Positions 31,771-46,455 of a stretch of DNA of 64,000 nucleotides are shown piece after piece. Position numbers and translations under genes: made by a program. The DNA is taken from the NCBI GenBank assembly GCA_030390025.1, contig CM059433.1:25670001-25734000 (forward strand), given 5' to 3'. The DNA comes from Squalus acanthias. Its lineage: Eukaryota. Within the stretch, counting starts at the first letter, position 1. Every line of letters begins with the position of its first letter. The notes under the pieces are model-generated. The model was not told where the DNA came from, searched no databases, and saw only the letters and a program-made list of their open reading frames with translations.

Positions 31771-34700
31771 GTACTTTACCAACCCCCAGTCACACACCAG
31801 CGGTACCTGCACTGTTTGAAGATCGACCGATAGTTGCAACAACAGGAAATCTATTTATTTACAATTCATAAATTTACAAATTTACAAGTCATGTTGAAAA
31901 ATTGATCAGTTTGATGCTAAGAAGAGGAGGTGGAGAACGATCAGGGCCTGTGTGTTTAGGCTTCATTCTGATGGCGACAGCAGCAGTTCCTTCGGCAGCT
32001 GATCCACCAGGGGAGTCTCTGGGCAGGTCAGACACGTTCTGACTGTTGGAAAAGTAAAGTTGAAAAGGCCGCTGCATGTGCTCAGAGCTGCTCCTGGGGA
32101 TTGTGGAAGAAGGACTCGCAATCCATGGCGTAGGAAGTGATCCTGTTGGGGAAATCTTGAACCAACTGTCATGTAAGGTCCTTTAGGAGGTCCATGTAGT
32201 TCCCGTTGGGCTCCCCTAGATGGTTCTTGATTAATGAGGAAGCCTAGGCCGATCCAATGAGGGGGACAACCAGTTGCAGTGTTGAACTACAAGACGTGGT
32301 GACCTCCTCACTCGTTCCGTCCAGGTGCAACAACAAACACAAAAGGTTGGAATGGATCTGTCAGTAGGAGGAGGATCTGGAACCTCCGATTCCACATTTG
32401 GTCAAGTTCCCCAACATGCTGAACGGTTCAGCCCGCACTTGATCACACTCGCCGTCGAAGAGTGGTTGAATGCTGGTGAGGATTTTCTTCACAAAGGGTT
32501 GGATGGTTCTTGCTCTCTATTTAATGATGTTCTTCGATAGGCATGACAGCACCTCAAATGTTAGCACTTCCTCTTGGTTCTCCTTGGCCCCCAACAGACT
32601 AAGCATTGTGCTCATCACTTGAGGAGACCAGTAATGGGCTCCAATTGAAATGTTGCCAAGGTCCCTGACACACAGCAACTGGGCAACTGGACAAGCATCA
32701 CGCAAACACCTTAGCAATGTGCTCATTAGAGTGTCTGTGAGCTGCAACCGTGAAACCAGTGGAGATTTTAACAGCTCTCCAAAGAAGGAAGCCACGGTGA
32801 CAGCCTGACAGTCTTGGATGGTTTGGATCTGAGCTGACAGCTCTTCCACAATGCCAGGTAGGCTGATGCCAGCATATTGAACATTAGTGAACCAGATGGG
32901 TGACCACCGCACAGTCATTGTGGAGACGAAGTCCCGTATTCACACTGAGGACACATTCCATCGTGCTGTGTGGCACTACCACCGTGCTAAATGGGATAGA
33001 TTCAGAACAGATCTAGCAGCTGGTAACTGGGCATCCGTGAGGTGCTGTGGGCCATCTGCAGCAGTAGAATTGTATTCCATCACAATCTGTAACCTCATGG
33101 CCCGGCATAACCCTCACTCTACTGTTACCATCAAGCCAGGAGACCAACCCTGGTTCAATAAGGAGTGTAGAAGAGCATGCCAGAAGCACCACCAGGCGTA
33201 CCTAAAAATGCGGTGCCAACCTGGAGAAGCTGCAACACAGGGCTACATGCATGCTAAAAAGCGTAAGTAGCATGCTGTAGACAAAGATCCCACAATCAAC
33301 AGATCAGATCAAAGCTCTGCAGTCCTGCTACACCCAGTCATGAATGGTGGTGGACCATTAAAAACTTACGGGAGGAGGAGGCTCCATGAATATCCCCATC
33401 CTCAATGATGATGGAGCCCACAACGTGAGTGCAAAAGACAAGGCTGAAGCGTTTGCAACCATCTTCAGCCAGAAGTGCCGAGTGGATGATCCATATCAGC
33501 CTACTCCTGAGGTCCCCACCATCACAGAAGCCAGTCTTCAGCCAATTCGATTCACTCCACGTGATATCAAGAAACGGCTGAGCGCACTGGATGCAGCAAA
33601 GGCTATGGGCCCCGAAAACATTCCAGCTATCGTGCTGAAAACTTGTGCTCCAGAACAAGCCGTGCCTCTAGCCAAGCTGTTCCAGTACAGCTACAATACT
33701 AGCATCCAGCCGACAATGTGGAAAACTGCCCAGGTATGTCCTGTCCACAAAAAGATGGAAAAATCCAATCCGGCCAATTATCACCCCATCAGTCTACTCT
33801 CAATCATCAGCAAATAGATGGAAGGTGTCATCGACAGTGCTATCAAGCGGCAATTACTCACCAATAACCTGCTCACTGATGCCCAGTTTGGGTTCCGCAA
33901 GACCACTCGGCTCCCGACCTCATTACAGTATTGGTCCAAACATGGACAAAGGAGCTGAATTCCAGAGGTGAGGTGAGAGTGACTGCACTTGACATCAAGG
34001 CAGCATTTGACTGAGTGTGGCATCAAGGAGCCCGAGTAAAACTGAAGTCAATGGGAATCGGGGGGAAAACTCTCCACTGGCTGAAGTCTTACCTAGCACA
34101 AAGGAAGGTGGTTGTGGTGATTGAAGGGCAATCATTACAGCCCCAGGACACCGCTGCAAGAGTTCCTCAGGGCAGTGTCCTAGGCCCAACCATCTTCAGC
34201 TGCTTCATCAATGACCTTCCCTGCAAAATAAGGTCAGAAATGGGGATGTTTGCTGATGACTGCACAATGATCAGTGCCATTCACAACTCCTCAGATAATG
34301 AAGCAGTCCATGCCCGCATGCAACAAGACCTGGACGACACACCATCCTGACTTGGAATTATATCGCCGATCCTTCCCAACTGCACTGTGGGAGTACCTTC
34401 ACCACACGGACTGCAGCGGTTCAAGAAGGCAGCTCACCACCACCTTCTCAAGGGCAATTAGGGATGGACAATAAATACTGGCCTTGCCAGCGACACCCAC
34501 ATCCCATAAATGAAATAAAATTTTAAAAAATTGCACCATCGCTCTGGCCAGCAATTCAACACCCTTGTCAAATATGCAGAGGTTCTTCATCTGGTCCCAT
34601 CCTCCACTGTTCACCATGTAAGTAGCTATTTCTTTATTATTTGTCCAAGCTAGCGGGTCCTTTAGTGTCCTCACACGGTTCACACACACATCTCTACATT

Positions 34701-37700
34701 TAGGTGTTTGAAGCTCAGCTGAGAATTGTCTCTTGTTCAATTTATCATCAGGAGCAAAACCATTGAGCAGTGAAACATTAACGCAAGATTTGCAATGAAT
34801 GAGCAGGGTGCTGAATAACTGCGGGAATAATGTAATCACCGCCTTTACTGACTTGGACTTAGTTATCATCTGCCACAGCCCACAAATGGCAGCAAGGGAT
34901 TCAAGGTTGAATACTGTGGCGCTTTCTCACTGACAGGTTCTGCTCATTGCAAATGGTAACTGCTTTTTCAGTGTGTCCAGCAGCTCTCCCATTGTACTCA
35001 TGGCACATTCTGTGTTCTCACCCAGTGATCTCCACATGTCACTGATGTACTTGTCCAAAGGGACAGGGTAGTTGAGGAGACAGGCACAACAGTTGCTGTG
35101 TTGTGTGAGCCAGATTGCGATACTACTCAGAACTGAAAGTTTCACCTGCTCATAAGGAATAACTGGGGTGTTGGTCTGACAGTCCTTTGAAGACCATGAA
35201 GATTAAGTTGTCCAGCTGGTCACAGGGCAATCATTTGAAAATTACCTCAGTGATTTGAGAGCATGATTGAAAGAGGACTGAAGTGTCAGGGTTAACTAAC
35301 TCTTCTCGACTCTTTTCAGTCCCTCTAACTGCTCTGTTTGCTGAACCAGATTGGTGCCTTCACACGATAAATGAATGGCCAGGATTATGTACAAAGTGTC
35401 CAGGGACATCTGTCAAACGGGAAGTGATGGGTCTGCACAACGTGGCATCAGTCATCCAATCAGAGTCCCCGTGTTAATTTCAGGCGCTACATTACTAAGA
35501 TTGAGCTTCCTCCAGTTAAGTTTCAGAAGCTCTAAGGTCGTTTCCATGGCTCTCTCTTGTTCATAGTCTTTTGTTGAAATGATCCGGGCTTCTACACGAT
35601 TGAAAATGGCCTCAAGTCCTTGAGGGGACAGGTCCTGAAATAATATTTGCTTCAGAAGATTTTGCAGCAAATCTGTGATTTGGGTATAAAGTGTCGCTCA
35701 TTTGTATTATCATTTGTGTCCAGGTCATTGTTCAGTTCTGGAGGTACCAAGCCGAAAGTCCTGGTCAGGCAGCTTTGAATCAATTGGCAGGTGTCAGCTT
35801 GGTTTGTTTCAGTGCGTAGTTGCACGAGATGCGTGCAGGCGTTCATGGCTAACTGTCGAACAGGGCTCGGCCTCGATAAGATCCTGCATGTATGTAAGCA
35901 GCACCCTGTTTCTGATAAATTGATGGGTATTTTCCAGAGATTTAAATATAAGGATCAGGCTATCTGAGTCACAGTCTGTATTAGGCTGAGCTTTAGAGTG
36001 AGATCCCTGGATTCAGCCTTTATCCCCTGCCTACTTGTAATTAAATGACTAACAGCTGCCAGAATGTGGCTCTTGATGTTGAACAGCTGTTCCTCAGGTG
36101 CACAGACTGCCATGTTCCCTTCACACAGAACCAGTGTGCTCTTGACATTATCCGATTCCTCCTTGAGCCTGAATCTGTTGGAGTTAGCAAACTCCTCCAG
36201 GCTACTGAGCGTATGATCAAAATGTGCCTTGGCACAGAAAACAATGGCGAGGGCTGCTCACTCTCTCTCCGCACTCTCACTGTGCTGCACACTCAGTAGC
36301 ATTTGGTGAAGCTCCTCCTTTACGTTCTTAGTGTGGGTCTGGCAGAGCACTGACGCAAGAGATTTATATAGAAAGCCCTTCTCTTGTGGGGAATGATGGT
36401 TAGTGTTGATCTGTTTTGATATTTCATTCGCAAGCTGACATGTCCATTCCTCGTCATCAATCGTATTTAAAGCTAGGCACAAGACAGCCAATAATTTGTT
36501 CTCCCATTTCAACTGGGACAGAGACTCCTCTGAATTTTCCAGTAAATGGTCAACTAATGGTGCAAGCTCCTCTTCCCACCACCTCACTGATTCTGGGAGG
36601 ATATTGAGACTCAGGACTTTCAGCACACTCAGTGGTGCAGCTCCTCGGCCTCCTCCCTGATACAGGCAACAAGTCACAATGAGGAACCGGGTCAGCAGTG
36701 CCTGGGCTTTAGGGAGATTGGCATCTTCATTGTAAGTAAGGGAAAAGCTTTCACTACCGGCTCGCAGTTTCTTTTTCCCAATATGTGCTGAACAACTACA
36801 GATTATTGTTAAAGCCTTTGTGTTCTGGGTCACAGTGACAAACTCCAGTAAGGATGTTCAAAGGACATCCTCCATCTTCACTGCAGTTGTGATCAAACAC
36901 ATCACTCTTTCACATAGTATGACTAATTCTTCATCTGCTACTGGGTCTGGCTGATGATTGGGTGGTATCAGGGTCCCTGAACCAACTGGTACAGCACACT
37001 GTTGGATGAGGAATTACACCTTTGCCTTTCCTCCCTCTGGCTCAAGGTAACCTTGCTGGGCCATGACACATATTACCTGGGCAATTAGCTTCTTCTCCTG
37101 ATTGCTGTTCTTGTAAACACAATCTGAGCCATCTTCTTCTCCAAGTGTGATGAGACCGATGTGATGAGGTGCTTTAGTACAGTGAGTGACCCTACTCTCA
37201 TTTGTTGGTCAGCGTTCTCGAACTGAGTTAAGAAAAATTCCACCATTTTGTCTGCATAAGCTGGGGCCAGAACTCTGAAACAGCGAAGGATCTCAGTCTG
37301 GTTCTTCTCAGCAAGATGATCAGTAGACTCCAGCGAAACACAAATCTGCTGGTGGAGCTTGTTAAGCAGGATGTCCATTTGTGTTTTTAGCCCGAGACAC
37401 TTTATCTCTGTCACAACATCCATCTCTTGCAGAAATGCAGTTTGTACCACTTTGCTGTATTTTGTCCACCCCTGGGTTTCTGTGTTGTCATGGTGTTCAT
37501 TGTGAGGCCGGGTTAAATAACTTCTCAGTTGTGATGAGGTCATGGGTCATGTGCCCATACAAGCCCAGCCAGATGTTTGTTGCAGTTTACGGTGGGTGGT
37601 GGGGTTTAAGGCCCAGACCTGAGATACAGACCATACGGACAAGGCAACATTCGTAACCCATAGCAGCCATATTGGATTGAGCAGCTGTTTGTTCCTAATA

Positions 37701-37920
37701 AAGAACTCACAGCACCATAGACACTCAGAGTACTTGTGACAAAAGATGTAGAAATGGTAGTGTAGGACAGACCTTTCCAGCAGAATTGCCCCAAATTGGG
37801 ATGTTCATTGTCAGGCATTGAAGCTGCTTAATGATGTCATCAGGAAGTTGCTGTGAGATCAGAGCGGTCCGGTGTGACATCAGAGCGGTCCATTGTGACA
37901 TTTGTTCCACTCGTCCCTCC
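31770..37920 (-). pseudogene. MROH1: MROH1-like processed pseudogene, copy 3 (split by LINE ~32900-34530)
   Basis: ORFs 37085..37543, 36258..36833, 34399..34869 and 32517..32918 are paralogous to copy 2. Confidence 0.8.
32900..34530 (+). mobile_element. CR1-group LINE fragment (unit copy, internally deleted)
   Basis: ORFs 32887..33270, 33386..33817 and 34015..34350 (FADD). Confidence 0.85.
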
Positions 37921-38511
37921 TTTAAATCCTTGTTGTCTATTGCCTACCACCCCAGATTTCTCACCCACAAATCCTCCCTGTTTTCCTCCTTCAGCCTCTG
38001 CACTCAGTGACTCCTCATCCTCGGACATTTCAATCTCCATCTCAACTCCCCTTATCCTTTCTCCTCCGATTTTACTGCCCTCCTGTTGTCCCTTAAACAC
38101 TCCTACACATCACGTCCACTCCTCTACTTTGCCATCTCTCCTGGCCTCACTACTTGCATGGTCTCAATCACTGACAAGGCCATGTCTGACCACTGATTTT
38201 ATCACCCGTAACCCCCCCATCACCTTCCAACCTTATTTTCATCTGAATCCACACCTTTTCCAAACACTCTTACAGGAAGATACGTACACTAGGAACAGAA
38301 GGAGGCCATTCAGCCCATTGGGTGTGCTCCGCCATTCAATTAGATCATGGCTGATCTGTACCTCAACTCCATTTACCCAACTTTACTCGATATGCCTTCA
38401 TAACCTTACCTAAGAGAAATCTATCAATCTGATTTCACTGATCAATGATTCATGTCACACCATTATGTAGCACCTATTCAGATAGAGGTCTGTACCTCTC
38501 CACTCGCTCAG

Positions 38512-40068
38512 CAACAACAACTACTAACATTAATATAGCGTCTTTAAAGCAGTAAAATGTCCCAAAGTGCTTCACAGGAGTTTTATAACACAAAATTTGA
38601 TACCGAGGGTTAAATTAAGGTGAAATTAGGGCAGATGACCGAAAGCTTGGTCAAAGAGGTAGGTTTTAAAGAGCGTCTTAATGGAAGAAAGAAATGTAGA
38701 GAGGTGGAGAGGTTTAAGCAGGGAATTCCAGAGCTTGGGGCCTTGGCAGCTGAAGGCATAGCCACTAATGGTTGAGCTATTAAATTTAGGGATGCTCTTG
38801 AATCCAGATTTAGGAGAGTGCAGATATCTCGGGGTGGGGGGTGCGGGGTGATTGTGGGGCTGGAGTAGATTACAGAGATAGGGATGGGTGAGGCCATCGA
38901 GGGATTTGAAAACGAGGAGAATTTTAAAATCAAGGCATTGATTAACCGGGAGCCAATGTAGTTCAGCGAGCACAGGGGTGATGGGTGAACGGGACTTGGT
39001 GAGAATTAGGACACAGGCAGCCAAGTTTTGGATGACCTCAAGTTTACATAGGGTAGAACGTTGGAGGCTAGCCATGAGTGCATTGGAATAGTCAAGTCTA
39101 GAGGTAACAAAGGCATGGATGAGGATTTCAGCAACAGATGAGCTGAGGCAGGGGCGGAGTTGGGTGATGTTACGGAGGTGGAAATAGGCGGTCTGAGTTA
39201 AAGCGCGGAAATGTGGCCGAAAGCTCATTTCTGGGTCAAATATGGCACCAAGGTTGCGAAGAGTCTGGATCAGCCTCAGACAGATGCTATGGAGAGGGAT
39301 GGAGTCAATGACTAAGGAACGGAGTTTGTGGTGGGATCTGAAGACAATGGCTTTGGTCTTCCCAATATTTAGTTGGAGGAAATTTCTGCTCATCCAGCAC
39401 TGGATGCAGTCTGACAATTTAGAGATCGTGGAGGGATCGAGAGAAGTGATGGTGAGGTAGAGCTGGGTGACATCAGCTTACATGTGGAACCTGATGCTGT
39501 GTTTTCAGATGATGTCGCCAAGGGGCAACATGTAGATGAGAAGTAGGAGGGGCCCCAGGATAGATCCCTGGGTGACACCAGATGTAATGATGCGGGAGCG
39601 GGAAGAGAAGCCGTTGCAGATGATTCTCTGGCTATGATTAGATAGATAAGAATGGAACCAGGCGCGTGCAGTCCCACCCAGCCGGACGACAGTGGAGAGG
39701 CATTGGAGGAGGATGGAGTGGTCAATCATGTCAAAGGCTGCAGACAAGTCAAGGAGGACGAGGAGGGATAGCTTACCTTTGTCACAGTCACGTAGGATGT
39801 CATTTCTGATTTTGATAAGAGCCGTTTCAATACTGTGGAAGGGGCAGAAACCTGATCCAAACATGAAGTTCCGATAAAGATGGGCCCGGATTGGGAACGC
39901 AACAACACGTTCAAGGAATTTGGAGAGTAAAAGGAGGTTCAGATTGGATGGTACTTGGCAAGGACTGAGGGGTCAAGGGTTGTTTTTTGAGGAAATGGAT
40001 GATGACAGCAGATTTGAAAGAGAGAGAACCATGAACAATATTTGCTAACATGGGAGCCAGAAGAGGGT
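38512..40068 (-). mobile_element. L2-clade LINE fragment (unit copy)
   Basis: ORFs 38626..39417 and 39505..39864. Confidence 0.85.
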
Positions 40069-41298
40069 GTTTGTGTGTGTGCTAGGGTGAGGGTATGTGT
40101 GTGTGTGTGTGTGAGGCTGAGGGTGTGTGAGGTTGTATGTATGTGTGTGTATGTGTGAGGGCAAGAGTGTGAGTAGGTTTACCCACCCCCAGTCACACAG
40201 CAGCGGTACCTGCACTGTTTGAAGAGCGACCGATATTTGCAAAAACAGGAAATCTATTTATTTACAATTCATAAATTTACAAATTTACAAATCATGTTGA
40301 AAAATTGATCAGTTTGATGCTAAATAAAGGAGGTGGAGAACGATCGAGGCCTGTGTGTTTAGGCTTCATTCTGATGGCGACAGCAGCAGTTCCTTAGGCA
40401 GCTGATCCACCAGGTGAGCCTCTGGGCAGGTCAGACACGTTCTGACTGTTGGAGAAGTAAAATTGAAAAGGCCGCTGCATGTGCTCGGAGCTGCTCCTGG
40501 GGGTTGTGGAAGAATGACTCGCAATCCATGGTGTAGGAAGTGATCCTGTTGGGGAAATCTTGAACCAATTATCGTGAAAGGTTCTTTAGGAGGTCAATGT
40601 AGTTCCCGTTGGGCTCCCCTAGTTCTTGATTAATGAGGAAGCCTAGGCCGATCCAATGAGGGGGACAACCAGTCGCAGTGTTGAGCTACAAGACCTGGTG
40701 AGCTCCTCACTCGTTCCGTCCAGGTGCAACAACAAACGCACAAGGTTGGAATGGATCTGTCAGTAGAAGGAGGATCTGGAACCTCCGATTCCACATTTGG
40801 TCAAGTTCCCCAACATGCTGAACGGTTCAGCCCGCACTTGATCACAGTCGCCGTCGAAGAGTGGTTGAATGCTTGCGAGGATTTTCTTTACAAAGGGTTG
40901 GATTACACTTGGTCTCTATTTAATGATGTTCTTCGACAGGCACGACAGCACCTCAAATGTTAGCACTTCCTCTTGGTTCTCCTTGGTCCCCAACAGACTA
41001 AGCATTGTGCTCATCACTTGAGGAGACCAGTAATGGGCTCCAATTGAAACATTGCCAAGGTCCCTGACACATAGCAACTGGGCAACTGGACAAGCATCAC
41101 GCAAACACCTTAGCAATGTGCTCATTAGAGTGTCTGTGAGCTGCAGCTGCGACACCAGTGGAGATTTTAACAGCTCTCCAAAGAAGGAAGCCACAGTGAC
41201 TGCCTGTCAGTCTTGGATGGTATGGATCTGAACTGCCAGCTCTTCCACAATGCCAGGCAGGCTGATGCCAGGATATTGAACATTAGTGAACCAGATGG

Positions 41299-44200
41299 GT
41301 GACCACCACACAGTCATTGTGGAGACGTAGTCCCGTATTCACACTGAGGATGAAGGGATAATTACTAGTCCTAGCCCTTTCGGACCACCCCAGATCAGGC
41401 GTATTCCCCAGACATTCACCTTCAACTGAAGTTTGCGGTAGCCGAATCCTAGAGACGCATAATTGGGTCTAAAGTTTCAGACTATCTGTCCCTCAAGGAA
41501 AGGAACAGCCTGAAGATGTTACCGTCCTCTGGATAGCACTTTTAACAAGTTTAACTAGACTGTAACCTTCCGGATATTATGAGGGTCCGGAATACCCCCC
41601 AGAATTCTGCAACTCCTCTCTGAAGAGTGTACAGAAATTGAGTTTGCGAGGTTGATACAGAAATACTACTTGAGGCAATTCTAAAAATATATAGATTTAT
41701 TTAATAGCCGACATTCAGTTAACAGCTGATAAGTCAATCGCGACTTTAACCGTTCAAAATACAAATAGCTTACATTTCTTATCAGAGATCCTTATTCTCA
41801 AATCTTAACTTCGTTACATTTCCACACTTCTACTTATTTCTTAATCCAGAATATCCACCAAAATCAAATACCCTGATTACCTGAGACGCAGAGTTGAAAA
41901 CTTACAGAGCGTGCCTGTGAAGTTGAGAAACGCTTGCCCTTCCAGCGACTTCTGACTCTCTATCTGAAAAGCTCTATTTTTATACCTTTTTTTAGTGTTA
42001 TTTTCTCTTGAAGTTTCCTGCTGATGTAAGCTAATTATCTCTGGTGATTGTTTATAGAATTATTTTCTATTCTTACTGTCATTTCAGCTGCCAACTTTTA
42101 GAATTATGTCTCTACCTTTAGGTGTTTCAAAAACTTATAATTTTTATGGTTATTATCGATTTATCTATTTGATGCTATTCTTAGGAAGTCTTTCTATTGA
42201 ATTCTTAATATCACTTAACTGCTTGTAAGCCAGACGTCGTGACTCCGCGGTGTTCCAAGTTCAATACAAACACAATGTAATTGCTTGGTGTCATCTATTG
42301 ATATTATATTTTCAAAGCCTTCCTATTTGTACCTTTTACAACTTGCAAATTGAAAACACTTCTCTTAGGGTGTTTACTTGTTTTCTTGCTATCTCAATTG
42401 GTTGCATATTTAATCGTGTTTCCTGTTTCTAAGTTTAACATAAAACTATTTTATGGCAGGTATTTCTTTTACTTGATGTCATTTTTTCAAAGGCACTTGG
42501 TTTTTTTAATGTTCTGTGCACCTGATCAACGTGTTAGATTTTGACACTTTACTTGGGCATTGCTATTGTTTTGTTCCAAACTCTAGATATTCTGGAAGCG
42601 CCAATGGTTTGCTTCAATAGGGGCATTGTTTTTGTTTTTACAAACCAATTCCCATTTCAAAGCTTGTTTTCACAGCTATGTGTTAACAAACCATCTTATC
42701 TCAGAAGCCTGTATTGTGTTTGCAGCCTGTGTCGCCGAGGCTTTCCAGACTTTTAAACTCAGTATGTCATGTATTAATACTATCAAAATCTGTTCATAGG
42801 ATGATGTATTTCATGGAATATGGCTTATTCCATTACAAGGACACCCTCCATCGTGTTGCGTGGCACTACCACCGTGCTAAATGGGATAGATTCAGAACAG
42901 ATCTAGCAGCTGAAAACTGGGCATCCGTGAGGTGCTGTGGGCCATCAGCAGCAGTAGAATTGTATTTCATCACAATCTGTAACCTCATGGCCCGGCATAT
43001 CCCTCACTCTACTATTACCATGAAGCCAGGAGACCAACCCTGGTTCAATAAGGAGTGTAGAAGAGCATGCCAGAAGCACCACCAGGCGTACCTAAAAATG
43101 AGGTGCCAACCTGGGGAATCTTCAACACAGGACTACATTCATGCTAAAAAGAGGAAGCAGCATGCTGTAGACAGCGATCCCACTATCAACAGATCAGATC
43201 AAAGCTCTGCATTCCTGCCACATCCAGTCGTGAATGGTGTGGACCATTAAACAACTAACGGGAGGAGGAGGCTCCAGGAATATTCCCATCCTCAATGATG
43301 GTGGAGCCCACCACGTGTGTGCAAAAGACAAGGCTGAAGCGTTTGCAACCATCTTCAGCCAGAAGTGCCGAATGGATGATCCATATCAGCCTACTCCTGA
43401 GGCCCCCACCACCACAGAAGCCAGTCTTCAGACAATTCGATTAATTCCACGTGATATCAAGAAACGGCTGAGCGCACTGGATACAGCAAAGGCTATGGGC
43501 CATGACAACATTCCGGCTATTGTGCTGAAGACTTGTGTTCCAGAAATAGCCATGCCTCTAGCCAAGCTGTTCCAGTACAACTACAACACTAGCATCTAAC
43601 CGACAATGTGGAAAACTGCCCAGGTATGTCCTGTCCACAAAAAGGAGGACAAATCCAATCCGGCCAATTACCGTCCCATCAGTCTACTCTCAATCATCAG
43701 CAAAGTGATGGAAGGTGACATCGACGGTGCGATCAAGCGGCAATTACTCACCAATAACCTGCTCACTGATGCTCAGTTTGGGTTCCGCCAAGACCACTCG
43801 GCTCCCGACCTCATTACAGTCTTGGTCCAAACATTGACAGAGGAGCTGAATTCCAGAGGTGAGGTGAGAGTGACTGCACTTGACATCAAGGCAGCATTTG
43901 ACCAAGTGTGGCATCAACGAGCCCTAGTAAAACTGAAGTCAATGGGAATCAGAGGGAAAACTCTACACTGGCTGGAGTCTTACCTAGCACAAAGGAAGAT
44001 GGTTGTGGTGGTTGAAGGTCAATCATCACAGCCCCAGGACATCACTGCAGGAGTTCCTCAGGGCAATGTCCTAGGCCCAACCATCTTCAGCTGCTTCATC
44101 AAAGACCTTCTCTCCAACATAAGGTCTGAAATGGGGATGTTCGCTGATGACTGCACAGTGATCAGTGCCATTCACAACTCCTCAGATAATGAAGCAGTCC

Positions 44201-45010
44201 ATGCCCGCATGCAACAATACCTGGACGACGATTAGGCTTGGGCTGATAAGTGGCAGGTAACATTTGCGCCACAGAAGTGCCAGGAAATGACTATCTCCAA
44301 CAAGTGAGTGTCTAACCACCGCCCCTTGTCATTCAACGGCATTATCATCACTGAATCGCCCCCCATCAACATCCCGGTGGTCACCATTGACCAGAAACTT
44401 AACTGGACCAACCACAAATACTGTGACAACAAGAGCAGGTCAGAGGCTAGGTATTCTGCGGCGAGTGTCTCACCTCCTGACTCCCCAAAGCCTTTCCACC
44501 ATCTACAAAGCACAAGTAAGGAGTGTGATGGAATACACTCCACTTGCCTGGATGAGTGCAGCTCCAACAACACTCAAGAAGCTCGACACCATCCAGGACA
44601 AAGCAGCCCGCTTGATTGGCACTCCATCCACCACCTTAAACATTCACTCCTTCCACCATCGGTGTACCGTGGCTGCAGTGTGTACCATCTATAAGATGCA
44701 CTGCAGCAACTCGCCAAGGCTTCCTCGGCAGCACTTCCCAAACCTGCGACCTCTTCCACCTAGAAGGACAAAGGCAGCAGGCGCATGGGAACACCACCAC
44801 CTCCAAGTTCCCCTCCAAGTCACACACCATCCTGACTTGGAAGTATATCGCCGATCCTTCCCAACAGCACTGTGGGAGTACCATCACCACACGGACTGCA
44901 GCGGTTCAAGAAGGCAGCTCACCACCACCTTCTCAAGGGCAAATAGGGATGGGCAATAAATGCTGGCCTTACCAGCGACACCCACATCCCATAAATGAAT
45001 TTTTTTTTAA
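41299..45010 (+). mobile_element. CR1-group LINE, least-deleted copy (RT through 3' end), interrupted by a solo LTR
   Basis: ORFs 43234..43599, 43606..44235 (ALDIKAAFD, GVPQG, FADD) and 44387..44959 (IYKAQVRSVMEY). Confidence 0.85.
41351..42837 (-). mobile_element. Solo LTR (1487 bp) of an unrelated LTR element
   Basis: TG...CA termini with imperfect inverted repeats; 4-bp TSD AGGA; minus-strand TATAAAA (41978-41984) and AATAAA (41696-41701); empty site in the other LINE copies. Confidence 0.75.
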
Positions 45011-46455
45011 ATTGCACCATTGCTCTGGCCAGCATTTCAACCCCCTTGTCAAATATGCAGATGTTCTTCATCTGGTCCCATCCTCGACTGTTCACCATGT
45101 AAGTAGCTACTTCTTTATTATTTGTCCAAGCTAGCGGCTCCTTTAGTGTCCTCACACGCTTCACACACACATCTCTACATTTAGGTGTTTGAAGCTCAGC
45201 TGAGAATTGTCTCTGGTTCAATTTATCATCAGGAGTAAAACCATTGAGCAGAGAAACATTAACGCAAGAGTTGCAATGGATGAGCAGGACGCTGAATAAC
45301 TGCGGGAATAACGTAGTCCCCGTCTTTACCGACTCGGGCTTAGTTATCATCTGCCACAGCCCACAAACGGCAGCCAGGGATTCAAGGTTGAATACTGTGG
45401 CGCTTTCTCACTGACAGGTTCTGCTCTTGCAAATGGCAACTGCTTTTTCAGTGTGTCCAGCAGCTCTCCCATTGTACTCATGGCACATTCTGTGTCCTCA
45501 GCCAGTGATCTCCACATGTCACTGATGTACTTGTCCAAAGGGACATGGTAGTTGAGGAGACAGGCACAACAGTTGCTGTGTTGTGTGAGCCAGAATGGCG
45601 ATACTACACAGAGCTGAAAGTTTCACCTGCTCATAAGGAATTGACTGCAATTGAAGCCTCAGCACGTCAATGATCTCCGAGGCCTGGTCCCCAAGTTCAC
45701 TGCCTCATCTATTAATGGTGGTTTGCATGAGAACAGCGGCTGCATTGGAATAACTGGGGTATTGGTCGGACAGTCCTTTGAAGACCATGAAGAGTAAGTT
45801 GTCCAGCTGGTCACAGGGCAATCATTTGGAAATGACCTCTGTGATTTGAGAGCACGATTGAAAGAGGACTGAAGTGTCAGGGTTAACTAACTGTTCTCTG
45901 ACTCTTTTCAGTCACTCTAACTGCTCCGTTTGCTGAACCAGATTGGTGGCTTCACACGACAAATGAATGGCCAGGATTATTTACAAAGAATCCAGGGACA
46001 TCTGTCAAACGGGAAGCGATGGGTCTGCACAACGCGGCATCAGTCATCCAATCAGAGTCCCCGTGTTAATTTCAGGCGCTACATTACTAAGATTGAGCTT
46101 CCTCCAGTAAAGTTTCAGAAGCTCTAAGGTCGTTTCCATGGCTCTCTCTCGTTCATAGTCTTTTGTTGAAATGATCCAGGCTTCTACATGATTGAAAATG
46201 GCCTCATGTCCTTGAGGGGACTGATCCTAAAGTAATATTTGCTTCAGAAGATTTTGCAGTGAATTTGTGGTTTGGGTATAAAGCGTCGCCCACTCCTTTG
46301 TATTATCATTTGTGTCCAGGTCATTGTTCAGTTCTGGAGGTACCAAGCCGAAAGTACTGGTCAGGCAGGTTTGAATCAATTGGCAGGTGTCAGCTTGGTT
46401 TGATTCAGTGCGTAGTTGCACGAGATGCGTGCAGGCTTTCATGGCTAACTGTCGA

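Larger units (their letters stand above)
40170..46455 (-). pseudogene. MROH1: MROH1-like processed pseudogene, copy 4 (5'-truncated; split by LINE plus solo LTR)
   Basis: ORFs 40916..41194, 44919..45350 and 46227..46442. Confidence 0.75.
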
